From Chitinophagales bacterium (GTDB lineage Bacteria; Bacteroidota; Bacteroidia; Chitinophagales; JADIYW01): 64,000 nucleotides of DNA. The stretch spans positions 12,764 to 76,763 of the forward strand of contig CBDCGV010000017.1 in the NCBI GenBank assembly GCA_965216955.1. The letters run 5' to 3'. Every line of letters begins with the position of its first letter. Positions within the stretch are counted from its first letter, which is position 1. Under the pieces are notes generated by a model. The model saw only the letters and a program-made list of their open reading frames with translations, did not search any database and was not told where the DNA came from. A program made the position numbers and the translations under genes. Positions 18,452 to 27,120 of the stretch are shown piece by piece.

Positions 18452-20230
18452 ATGCAATTACAATTTATTGATTGGACCATTATAGTCAGTTTTTTTGTTT
18501 TCTCCATTCTAGTAGGACTATGGGCATCAAAGAAGGCAGGGTCTAATACTTCTGAATTTTTTTTGTCAGGAAAAAATATGCCTTGGTGGTTGTTGGGAAT
18601 ATCAATGGTAGCCACTACTTTTTCAGTTGACACGCCCAATCTTGTCACTGATTTGGTTAGACAAAATGGTGTGGCAGGAAACTGGAGTTGGTGGGCTTTT
18701 TTAGTTACGGGGATGCTCACCGTTTTCGTTTATGCAAAATTATGGCGAAGATCAGATGTCTTAACAGATATTGAATTTTATGAATTACGATACAGTGGCA
18801 AGCCTGCTGCCTTTCTAAGAGGTTTTAGAGCGTTATATCTTGGCTTAATCTTTAATGTTTTTGTAATGGGGGGTGTTTCGCTGGCAGCTATTAAATTCGG
18901 TGAAATTATTTTAGGGTTACCTGGTTGGCAAACATTACTAATTGCAGGTTTTGTAACACTTGTTTATAGTACTATAGGTGGGCTAAGAGCAGTTATTGTT
19001 ACAGATTTTGTGCTTTTTATATTAGCCATGATAGGTTCAATATGGGCTACTATTTACATTCTAAATTTGGAACAAATCGGTGGACTTTCTTCACTGCTTC
19101 AGCAAGATGTCGTTAGAGCAAAAATGGATATTTTCCCAGATTTTTCTAATCCTGATGTATGGATACCCTTAATGTTAATCCCTTTAGCGGTACAATGGTG
19201 GGCCTCCTATTACCCTGGCGCAGAGCCTGGTGGTGGTGGTTATATTGCACAAAGAATGCTCTCTGCAAAAAACGAACGAAATGCGATTGGAGCGACTTTT
19301 TTATTCAACCTATCACATTATGCATTGAGACCATGGCCTTGGATTTTAATTGCTTTGGCTTCTTTGGTTGTTTTTCCAGAACTTAAAGACCTACAACAAG
19401 CCTTTCCAAACTTGAGCACAGATAAATTAGGACATGATGTTGCCTATCCTGCGATGCTAACACTTCTACCTAAAGGCCTTTTAGGTTTAGTAGCTGCATC
19501 TCTAATTGCGGCATTTATGTCTACCATGTCCACACAGCTCAATTTAGGGGCATCTTATTTGGTCAATGATTTTTATAAACGATTTATAAATCCAAATGCT
19601 TCTGACAAACAATTGGTAAAATGGGGAAGAATGTTTTCTGTATTGTCTATGATTCTGGGAGTTGGGTTTGGACTTATTTTGGTAAATGCAAAACAAGCTT
19701 TCGACGTAATTTTATTGTTAGGATCAGGAACAGGGTTAATTTTTATATTAAGATGGTTTTGGTGGCGAATTAATGCTTATACTGAAATTATTGCAATGAT
19801 TTCTTCTTTGATTGTTGCTATTTATTTTACCTTTCTGCATGATAAACTTGGAATGCCTCCTCTAGAGTCATGGCAAAAATTCACTTATGGTACTTTTATA
19901 ACGTCAACAATATGGATGCTCTCAACTTTTATAACTCCAGCAACATCAAAAGAAAAGTTAATTAATTTTTACAAAAAAATACAGCCTGGTGGATGGGGGT
20001 GGAAAGTAATCTCACAAGAAATCGAAGAAAACGATACAGTTAAGAAAACACATAGTTTCGCATATGAGATTTTATCTATGTTAATTGGGTGTTTAACCGT
20101 ATATGGTGCATTGATAGCAACAGGAAACTGGATTTACGGTAATACAAAATTGGCTTCTATCTTAACAATCATAACAATTGCAGCTATTATCATCTTATCA
20201 AAACTTTGGAAAAAAATTAAAGTGCAGTAA
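18452..20230 (+). CDS. sodium:solute symporter (SSF) family transporter
   Basis: 592 aa with about 13-14 hydrophobic segments and an SSF-like N-terminal region (FFLSGKNMPWWLLGISMVATTFS). Confidence 0.8.
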   Translation: MQLQFIDWTIIVSFFVFSILVGLWASKKAGSNTSEFFLSGKNMPWWLLGISMVATTFSVDTPNLVTDLVRQNGVAGNWSWWAFLVTGMLTVFVYAKLWRRSDVLTDIEFYELRYSGKPAAFLRGFRALYLGLIFNVFVMGGVSLAAIKFGEIILGLPGWQTLLIAGFVTLVYSTIGGLRAVIVTDFVLFILAMIGSIWATIYILNLEQIGGLSSLLQQDVVRAKMDIFPDFSNPDVWIPLMLIPLAVQWWASYYPGAEPGGGGYIAQRMLSAKNERNAIGATFLFNLSHYALRPWPWILIALASLVVFPELKDLQQAFPNLSTDKLGHDVAYPAMLTLLPKGLLGLVAASLIAAFMSTMSTQLNLGASYLVNDFYKRFINPNASDKQLVKWGRMFSVLSMILGVGFGLILVNAKQAFDVILLLGSGTGLIFILRWFWWRINAYTEIIAMISSLIVAIYFTFLHDKLGMPPLESWQKFTYGTFITSTIWMLSTFITPATSKEKLINFYKKIQPGGWGWKVISQEIEENDTVKKTHSFAYEILSMLIGCLTVYGALIATGNWIYGNTKLASILTIITIAAIIILSKLWKKIKVQ

Positions 20231-20238
20231 TAACGACT

Positions 20239-20757
20239 ATGCCATATTCAAAATACAACAACTGGCCCAAAGAATCACATCCTAATAAGTCTATTGTCTA
20301 CATATGTAATTCCATAGATATAAATGCAAGTACTGAACAAACTTGGAGTTGGTTAGTATCTGCAGGGATGTATCATCAATGGTACAAACATTGGAAGAAT
20401 GTCAGATTCGATGATAAAAAGCAAATAGCAATTAAAAAAGTCGGAGACGTTTTCACTCCGAAAATCAAGGGAAACAGTGTGCCTACAACTGTTATAGATT
20501 TTCATCCAATGAAGCAACTTGCTTGGACAGGAAAAGATATGGGTATTCGAGGTGTTCATTCATGGATATTACACGAGACACCTAATGGTTGCCATGTTAT
20601 TACAGAAGAAACTTTAATTGGGTGGCCATTATATTTAGTTAAAAAAGCCGTACGCTATCAAATTTCGAAATGGCACGATTACTGGCTACAACAATTAAAA
20701 ACACATGCTGAAAAGGGTGCAATTCAAACGATACCTGAATCAGAAATGCATTTTTAA
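20239..20757 (+). CDS. SRPBCC (START/Bet v1-like) superfamily protein
   Basis: 172 aa. The N-terminal segment INASTEQTWSWLVS and the overall size are typical of polyketide cyclase/dehydrase-like SRPBCC proteins. Confidence 0.5.
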   Translation: MPYSKYNNWPKESHPNKSIVYICNSIDINASTEQTWSWLVSAGMYHQWYKHWKNVRFDDKKQIAIKKVGDVFTPKIKGNSVPTTVIDFHPMKQLAWTGKDMGIRGVHSWILHETPNGCHVITEETLIGWPLYLVKKAVRYQISKWHDYWLQQLKTHAEKGAIQTIPESEMHF

Positions 20758-20837
20758 CAAACACTTTCAAAGGCATTATCCTTTAAATAAATGATTAACT
20801 TGCATTTTAAATCACATCTAATAAAGATTTAAATACA

Positions 20838-21770
20838 ATGAGAAAACTTAATTACTTACTTGGGCTTTTATCCTTACTTACTGTATTGGTTATTATAAAT
20901 GCTTGTGATGAAGATGAAGAAACCTGTGCGGGTACAATTGATGTATGTGGCATTTGTGATGGAAATGGTGCTACTACGTGGTATCAAGATGCAGATTGTG
21001 ATGGAAAGGGCAACCCAAGTGTTAGCTTATCAGCTTGTAATCAACCAGATGGGTATGTATCGGACAATACAGATACAGATGACGTAAGTTCGACGAATTG
21101 TGATGGAAGTAACAACGATTATGGAACGCTCGCTCCAATCATTTGTAAATTTGGCAACGATGTTTCAATAACTGTCAGTGGCAATAATTTAATTATTACA
21201 ACTGAAGGAGTTCCTGATCATAAAAGTCCTTATTGGGGAGTTGGGAATGCATTGTACGAAGCTTATAACGGTACTAATACTAGTTTTAATCTCAATCCAA
21301 ATCGTATCTCTGAACAAGATAACACCTATACAATCCCTAAAAACCCATCTGAGGCTGCGAATAAATCGGCAACCAGTTTAGGGTCAATCGGAGTATCTTT
21401 GAATGGTGTTGCTTTCTTTAATCAATATGCAGGCCCCAACAATCAACCTTTAACTAATGAAATAAATTCTTTTGATCAATACAATGGACACCCTCAAAAC
21501 TCAGGCGTTTATCACTATCATATTGAACCGACCTATTTGATTAGTGAAAAAAGCGATAGTGCTTTTTTAGGATTATTACTTGATGGGTTTCCTGTTTATG
21601 GACCTGTCGAAAGAGGAATAACGTTGAGCAGTGATGACTTAGATGATTATCATGGACATTTTGGAGCAACTGCTGACTTCCCTTGTGGTATTTATCATTA
21701 TCACATTACTGAGGATGACCCATATATTAATGGAGATGGATACTATGGATCTCCAGGAAGTGTGAACTAA
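20838..21770 (+). CDS. YHYH-domain lipoprotein with a Cys/Asp-rich N-terminal module
   Basis: 310 aa with lipobox IINAC and two YHYH motifs (GVYHYHIEP, GIYHYHITE). N-terminal region reads CAGTIDVCGICDGNGATTWYQDADCDGKGNP. Confidence 0.7.
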   Translation: MRKLNYLLGLLSLLTVLVIINACDEDEETCAGTIDVCGICDGNGATTWYQDADCDGKGNPSVSLSACNQPDGYVSDNTDTDDVSSTNCDGSNNDYGTLAPIICKFGNDVSITVSGNNLIITTEGVPDHKSPYWGVGNALYEAYNGTNTSFNLNPNRISEQDNTYTIPKNPSEAANKSATSLGSIGVSLNGVAFFNQYAGPNNQPLTNEINSFDQYNGHPQNSGVYHYHIEPTYLISEKSDSAFLGLLLDGFPVYGPVERGITLSSDDLDDYHGHFGATADFPCGIYHYHITEDDPYINGDGYYGSPGSVN

Positions 21771-21783
21771 TAATAAAGAAGGT

Positions 21784-22383
21784 TTGGTCCATAAGATTAT
21801 TTGTTTTATAGCTATTGGTCTAATTGCTAAATGTGAAACAAATGATAAATCACTGCAAAAGGATGTTGATTTCCCAAATGGATACATCGGCAAGGAGCTA
21901 CTTAAAACCGATTCATTAATAAAAAAAGTAAACGGAATAATTTATATAAAAAATATTCCTTTTTCAGGAATTTTAGTTGATAAGTACCCTAATGATTCCA
22001 TCAAATCCAAATGCCAATATAGTTTAGGAAAAAGACACGGAAATTATGAAGGGTGGTACCCAGATGGATCGCGATGGTTTAAACGGCTTTATTTGGAGGG
22101 GAAAAAAGAAGGCATCCATTTGACATGGTGGCCCGATGGTGCAAAAAAATCATTCTACCCTTTTAAAAATGGATTTAAAGAAGGCAATCATAAAGATTGG
22201 TTTAATGATGGCACACTCTTTAAAGATTTTAATTACATGAAAGGGTACGAATTTGGTTATCAAAAAATGTGGCGTCCAGATGGTAAAATTAGAGCCAACT
22301 ATTATATAGATGAAAATGGTAGGCGTTTTGGTTTATTGGGGTTAAAAAAATGTGTAACGGTTAAAAATAGTCCCAATGAATAA
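21784..22383 (+). CDS. MORN-repeat-variant (YwqK-like) protein
   Basis: 199 aa with repeated G-x-x-G/W modules (HGNYEGWYPDGS, KEGIHLTWWPDGA, KEGNHKDWFNDGT). The TTG start is uncertain. Confidence 0.55.
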   Translation: MVHKIICFIAIGLIAKCETNDKSLQKDVDFPNGYIGKELLKTDSLIKKVNGIIYIKNIPFSGILVDKYPNDSIKSKCQYSLGKRHGNYEGWYPDGSRWFKRLYLEGKKEGIHLTWWPDGAKKSFYPFKNGFKEGNHKDWFNDGTLFKDFNYMKGYEFGYQKMWRPDGKIRANYYIDENGRRFGLLGLKKCVTVKNSPNE

Positions 22384-23002
22384 GTATTTAATTTTTCTCT
22401 TTTGCATTACTATAATTTCAGCTTGTACCAATCCAAAAAAAAGGCTCCCTTATTATAATGGAAAGGCATTTACTCCAGAATGGAACTCAAAAAAACATGA
22501 ACAGCACAAGATTCAACCCTTTAGTTTTACTAACCAAAATGGAAATGAGATAACTCATCACACTTTTAAAAATAAAATTTACATTGCTAATTTCTTTTTT
22601 ACGACTTGTCCGGGGATATGTCCAAAAATGGAAGTTAGGATGAGTGAGTTACAAGATTTTTTCATAGATGATGATGAAGTACTCTTCCTTTCTCATTCTG
22701 TTACTCCTGAGATTGATTCAGTATCAGTTTTGAAAAGATACGCTGATGACCATAAAATTATCACGCATAAATGGCATTTAATAACAGGTCATAGAGATGA
22801 ATTGTATCGTCATGCTCGTTTCTCCTATTTTGCTGATGAAGACTTTGGTAAAACCTATTCTCCAGAAGAAGATTTTATCCATACCGAAAATTTTTATTTA
22901 ATTGACAAAAAAAGAAGAATAAGGGGGGTGTATAACGGTACACTTAAAATAGAGATGAAGAGAATAATAGAAGATATTACTGCATTAAAAAAAGAAAATT
23001 AA
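22376..23002 (+). CDS. SCO1/SenC family copper chaperone-like lipoprotein
   Basis: 208 aa with lipobox IISAC and thioredoxin-fold CxxxC motif FFFTTCPGICP. Overlaps the upstream gene by 8 nt. Confidence 0.8.
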   Translation: MNKYLIFLFCITIISACTNPKKRLPYYNGKAFTPEWNSKKHEQHKIQPFSFTNQNGNEITHHTFKNKIYIANFFFTTCPGICPKMEVRMSELQDFFIDDDEVLFLSHSVTPEIDSVSVLKRYADDHKIITHKWHLITGHRDELYRHARFSYFADEDFGKTYSPEEDFIHTENFYLIDKKRRIRGVYNGTLKIEMKRIIEDITALKKEN

Positions 23003-23541
23003 GACGCTGATGCCTCCGAAACTTGTTTAAAAAGCTCATTAAACCCTTCAAACACTTCCTTTAAACTTGGAAGTATTACAGAAAAAATCTTAAAAACTGA
23101 AGGTCCTAGCTCAATTAGAAAAGGGTAAATTATTGATGAAGTCAACAATTGATTACCATTAATAATGTTGTTTTTTTCTAAAAAGAAAATGCCTAAAGAA
23201 AAAGCTACTAATGGAATAATACACCAAATCACCCCCCCAGCAATCTTATTAAAAAAATTCAAATAGAGGGTCTTCAATATCTTTTCAATAACCCAACTAA
23301 CTAGCTTAAAAGCAATAATAATCCCAATAAAAAGTATTCCAAAAGCAATTAAGACTAATACCTTAGGATTTAAGGTAATGGTCGCTGCAAGCTTTACAGA
23401 TAAAGGATAACTTAGATGAAAAGCTGCTATAATACCAATCAACAAGGCAACCAATGAAATAACAGATCTAATAATGCCTTCTCTAAAACCTTTATAAAAG
23501 GCAATTAATGAAGCAATCAAAAAAGCAATATCAAGTCCCAC
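22999..23541 (-). CDS. cvpA: CvpA family membrane protein
   Basis: 180 aa with four hydrophobic segments and an N-terminus MGLDIAFLIASLIAFYKGFREGIIRSV typical of CvpA. Confidence 0.6.
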   Translation of the reverse strand: MGLDIAFLIASLIAFYKGFREGIIRSVISLVALLIGIIAAFHLSYPLSVKLAATITLNPKVLVLIAFGILFIGIIIAFKLVSWVIEKILKTLYLNFFNKIAGGVIWCIIPLVAFSLGIFFLEKNNIINGNQLLTSSIIYPFLIELGPSVFKIFSVILPSLKEVFEGFNELFKQVSEASAS

Positions 23542-23557
23542 AAAAAATAAGTAATAA

Positions 23558-24010
23558 CTATGAAGAAAGTAATGTTCTCACTAAAGAAGAAATACGTTTA
23601 CCATCTGCTTTACCAGATAACGCTTTAGTTGCTAAACCCATAACTTTTCCCATTTCTTTTGGTGAAGACGCTCCAACTTTAGTAATAATCTCTTGCAAAA
23701 CACTCTTTAGATCTTCATCATTCATTTGAGCAGGTAAAAATGTATCCAGAATCTCTATTTCTTCTATCTCTTTTTTTGCTAATTCACTTCGACCGCTTTT
23801 CTCATAAATATCTACAGAATCTTGTCGTTGTTTTTTCATTTTTTGAAGGATTTTTAACTCCCTCTCTTCCGTTAATTTGTCCGCTGCCCCTTTCTCCGTT
23901 TTCGCGAGTAAGAAAGCCGATTTAATAGCCCTTAGCGTTCGAAGTTTTACTTCTTCTTTTGCCAACATAGCAGCCTTTATATGCGCATTAATTTCTTTGT
24001 CTAAACTCAT
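23558..24010 (-). CDS. GatB/YqeY domain protein
   Basis: 150 aa; ...AMLAKEEVKLRTLRAIKSA... and KEMGKVMG are typical of YqeY. Confidence 0.8.
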   Translation of the reverse strand: MSLDKEINAHIKAAMLAKEEVKLRTLRAIKSAFLLAKTEKGAADKLTEERELKILQKMKKQRQDSVDIYEKSGRSELAKKEIEEIEILDTFLPAQMNDEDLKSVLQEIITKVGASSPKEMGKVMGLATKALSGKADGKRISSLVRTLLSS

Positions 24011-24025
24011 GAATATTGTTTATAA

Positions 24026-24196
24026 TTACTCCACTTCCTCGTAATCAATGTATTCTCCATCGTCATCGGCATTGTTTTGAACTGAAATATCTCCCTCCTT
24101 TTTTTCATTTGAAACTTGAGATGAAGATGTAAATAGCTTTTTGATGTAGGAATATCCTATAAAAGCTAGGACGATATATAAAATTAATCGCAACAA
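24026..24196 (-). CDS. small membrane protein, DUF4834-like (absent from the ORF track, <60 aa)
   Basis: Minus-strand reading from TTG: LLRLILYIVLAFIGYSYIKKLFTSSSQVSNEKKEGDISVQNNADDDGEYIDYEEVE*. It has one N-terminal TM helix and the acidic GEY(I/V)D(Y/F)EEV tail characteristic of DUF4834. It fills the carB-yqeY gap. Confidence 0.5.
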   Translation of the reverse strand: MLRLILYIVLAFIGYSYIKKLFTSSSQVSNEKKEGDISVQNNADDDGEYIDYEEVE

Positions 24197-24202
24197 ATTA
24201 CA

Positions 24203-27022
24203 TTACTTACTTAGATACATCGAACGCTTACTATACAATTCTCTAAAGTAAGGATCCTTTAAATCTTTAATAAAATAAATTGCTTCCCCTGTCGATTTCA
24301 TTTCCGGTCCTAATTCTTTATTGACATTTGGAAACTTATTAAAAGAAAATACTGGTTCTTTTATAGCGTATCCTTCAAGTTTTTCTACAAACTCAAAGTC
24401 TTTTAGTTTATGCGTTCCAATCATTACTTTGGTTGCAACATTTAAATACGGAATCTGATAGGCTTTGCAAATAAAAGGGGTTGTTCTTGATGCGCGTGGA
24501 TTCGCTTCTATAACAAAAACCTTATCGTCCTTTATTGCAAACTGTATATTTATCAATCCTTTAATTTTTAAAGCATGTGCTAATTGTGCAGCATACTCAC
24601 TCATTTTATCGATTACATGCTTTGACATATCAAATGGAGGTAAAACCGAATTTGAATCTCCAGAATGAATTCCTGCAGGTTCAATATGTTCCATAATACC
24701 CATAACTTGAACATCTTCACCATCACATATCGCATCTATTTCTGCTTCAACCGCCCTATCTAAAAAATGATCTATCAGAATAACATTTCCAGGAATGTGT
24801 TTTAACAAATCAATCACAGCTCTTTCTAACTCTGCATCGTTGATGACAATCTTCATACGTTGACCACCTAAAACATATGATGGCCTCACCAATACCGGAT
24901 ATCCCACTTCGTTAGCTACTTTAAGTGCTTCATCAGCAGAAGTAGCTGTTCCATATTTTGGATATGGAATCCCCAGCTCCTTCAACAAATCTGAAAAACG
25001 ACCACGATCTTCAGCTAAATCCATATGCTCAAAATCTGTACCTATGATCTTATAACCATAATTGGATATTTTTTCAGACAATTTCAATGCTGTTTGTCCT
25101 CCAAGCTGAACAATCACCCCCTCAGGTTTTTCTAAATCTAAAATCTCTTTAATATGCTCCCAAAAGATAGGCTCAAAATATAATTTATCTGCTATATCAA
25201 AATCTGTAGAAACGGTTTCAGGGTTGCAATTTACCATGATGGCCTCATAGCCAATTTCCTTAATGGCATTAATACCATGCACACAGCAATAATCAAACTC
25301 TATACCTTGCCCAATTCTGTTTGGCCCAGCACCTAAAACAACAATTTTCTTTTTATCAGAAACGATACTCTCATTTTCATCATCAAATGTAGAATAGAAA
25401 TAAGGTGTTTGTGCTTCAAATTCTGCTGCACATGTGTCCACCATTTTGTATGCTCTCGTTAAACCAATTTCTCTCCTTCTTTTATACACTTCCTCTTCAT
25501 CTATTCTTCCCAGCAAATAGGCTAATTGCTCATCTGAGTACCCCCATTTTTTAGCTTTTTCCAATGTCTCAACAGGAATATTTTGAATGGAATATTGACG
25601 TACTTCTTTTTCAAAATTTACTAAATCCTGAATCTGCATTAAATACCAATTATCCATACCGGTCAGTTTTTGTATGGTATGAATTGGAATCCCTATTTCT
25701 ATAGCATCTTTTAAAATAAAAACACGATCCCAAGAAGCATTTTCAAGGCCATCTAGAATATCTTGTGTTCTGGTCCATGATTTGCCATCTGCACCTAAGC
25801 CAATCTTATTATTTTCTAAAGATTGACACGCTTTTTGAAGCGCTTCTTTAAAAGATCGACCAATCCCCATTACTTCTCCAACAGATTTCATCTGTAACCC
25901 TAGAGTCGTATCTGCTCCCTTAAACTTATCAAAATTCCACCTAGGGATTTTCACAATAACATAGTCTAGTGCCGGCTCAAAATATGCAGAAGTTGTCTTA
26001 GTAATTTGATTGCTGAGCTCATCTAAATTATAACCTATAGCCAGTTTAGCCGCAATCTTTGCAATAGGATAGCCCGTAGCTTTAGAAGCTAACGCAGAAG
26101 ACCTTGAAACTCGCGGATTAATTTCTATAACGATAATTTCTTCTGTCTCTGGGTTTACAGAAAACTGAACATTACACCCTCCTGAAAATTTCCCTAACGA
26201 ACGCATCATTAAAATCGCCTGATTCCTCATTTCCTGAAAAACGGGATCGGATAATGTCATTGCTGGAGCAACCGTAATGGAATCTCCTGTATGAATCCCC
26301 ATTGGATCCATATTTTCAACCGTACAAATAATCACTACATTATCATTATTATCTCTAAGCAACTCTAATTCATATTCTTTCCAACCCAAAACAGCTTTAT
26401 CAATCAATACTTCATGGGTTGGGGATGCTTGCAAACCTCTTGATAAGGACTCTTCAAAATCTTCCTTATTATGAACCAATCCACCACCAAAACCGCCTAG
26501 TGTATATGAAGGGCGAATAACCAATGGAAAGCCTAGTTTTTGAGCGGCATCTTTCCCTTCCAACATCGAATTAGCAATAATAGATGGGGCCACTGAAGTT
26601 CCCAACTTACCCATCAATTTTCGAAATTCCTCTCGATTCTCTGTCAACTCTATAGCATCTATATCGACACCAATAGTTTTTACATTGTATTTGTCCCACA
26701 ATCCAACTTCTTCTGCTTCTTTGCAGAGGTTTAAACCTGTTTGCCCTCCCATAGTAGGTAAAACACTGTCAATCTGTGGATGATTAATTAATATTTCTTC
26801 CAAAGATTCTACCGTAAGTGGTTTCAAATAAACGTGATCAGCAGTAAGTGGATCCGTCATAATGGTAGCAGGATTGCTGTTTATTAAAGTAACTTCAATC
26901 CCTTCTTCCCTTAATGATCTGGAAGCTTGAGTTCCAGAATAATCAAATTCGCATGCCTGTCCAATGATAATAGGACCGCTGCCAATAATTAGTACCGATT
27001 TAATAGATGTATCTTTAGGCAT
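24203..27022 (-). CDS. carB: carbamoyl-phosphate synthase large subunit
   Basis: 939 aa with duplicated ATP-grasp halves and a conserved N-terminus KSVLIIGSGPIIIGQACEFDYSGTQA. Confidence 0.95.
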   Translation of the reverse strand: MPKDTSIKSVLIIGSGPIIIGQACEFDYSGTQASRSLREEGIEVTLINSNPATIMTDPLTADHVYLKPLTVESLEEILINHPQIDSVLPTMGGQTGLNLCKEAEEVGLWDKYNVKTIGVDIDAIELTENREEFRKLMGKLGTSVAPSIIANSMLEGKDAAQKLGFPLVIRPSYTLGGFGGGLVHNKEDFEESLSRGLQASPTHEVLIDKAVLGWKEYELELLRDNNDNVVIICTVENMDPMGIHTGDSITVAPAMTLSDPVFQEMRNQAILMMRSLGKFSGGCNVQFSVNPETEEIIVIEINPRVSRSSALASKATGYPIAKIAAKLAIGYNLDELSNQITKTTSAYFEPALDYVIVKIPRWNFDKFKGADTTLGLQMKSVGEVMGIGRSFKEALQKACQSLENNKIGLGADGKSWTRTQDILDGLENASWDRVFILKDAIEIGIPIHTIQKLTGMDNWYLMQIQDLVNFEKEVRQYSIQNIPVETLEKAKKWGYSDEQLAYLLGRIDEEEVYKRRREIGLTRAYKMVDTCAAEFEAQTPYFYSTFDDENESIVSDKKKIVVLGAGPNRIGQGIEFDYCCVHGINAIKEIGYEAIMVNCNPETVSTDFDIADKLYFEPIFWEHIKEILDLEKPEGVIVQLGGQTALKLSEKISNYGYKIIGTDFEHMDLAEDRGRFSDLLKELGIPYPKYGTATSADEALKVANEVGYPVLVRPSYVLGGQRMKIVINDAELERAVIDLLKHIPGNVILIDHFLDRAVEAEIDAICDGEDVQVMGIMEHIEPAGIHSGDSNSVLPPFDMSKHVIDKMSEYAAQLAHALKIKGLINIQFAIKDDKVFVIEANPRASRTTPFICKAYQIPYLNVATKVMIGTHKLKDFEFVEKLEGYAIKEPVFSFNKFPNVNKELGPEMKSTGEAIYFIKDLKDPYFRELYSKRSMYLSK

Positions 27023-27055
27023 TAAATGAGAAAATTAGCCGTTATAAAATTGAGG

Positions 27056-27063
27056 CAAATATA
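27056..27063 (-). promoter_or_regulatory. candidate -7 box TATATTTG for carB
   Basis: Exact TAnnTTTG match on the minus strand, about 33 nt upstream of the carB ATG. Confidence 0.35.
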
Positions 27064-27120
27064 ATGGTTTTAATTAGCTATTTGATGTTTATATGAAGAA
27101 GAAAAGTAAAGTTAAAATAC

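Noticed and set aside
18430-18720. 96-aa minus-strand ORF overlapping the start of the SSF transporter
   Set aside because: It is antisense to a convincing transporter gene and has no motifs. The divergent nucleotidyltransferase gene already ends at 18378.
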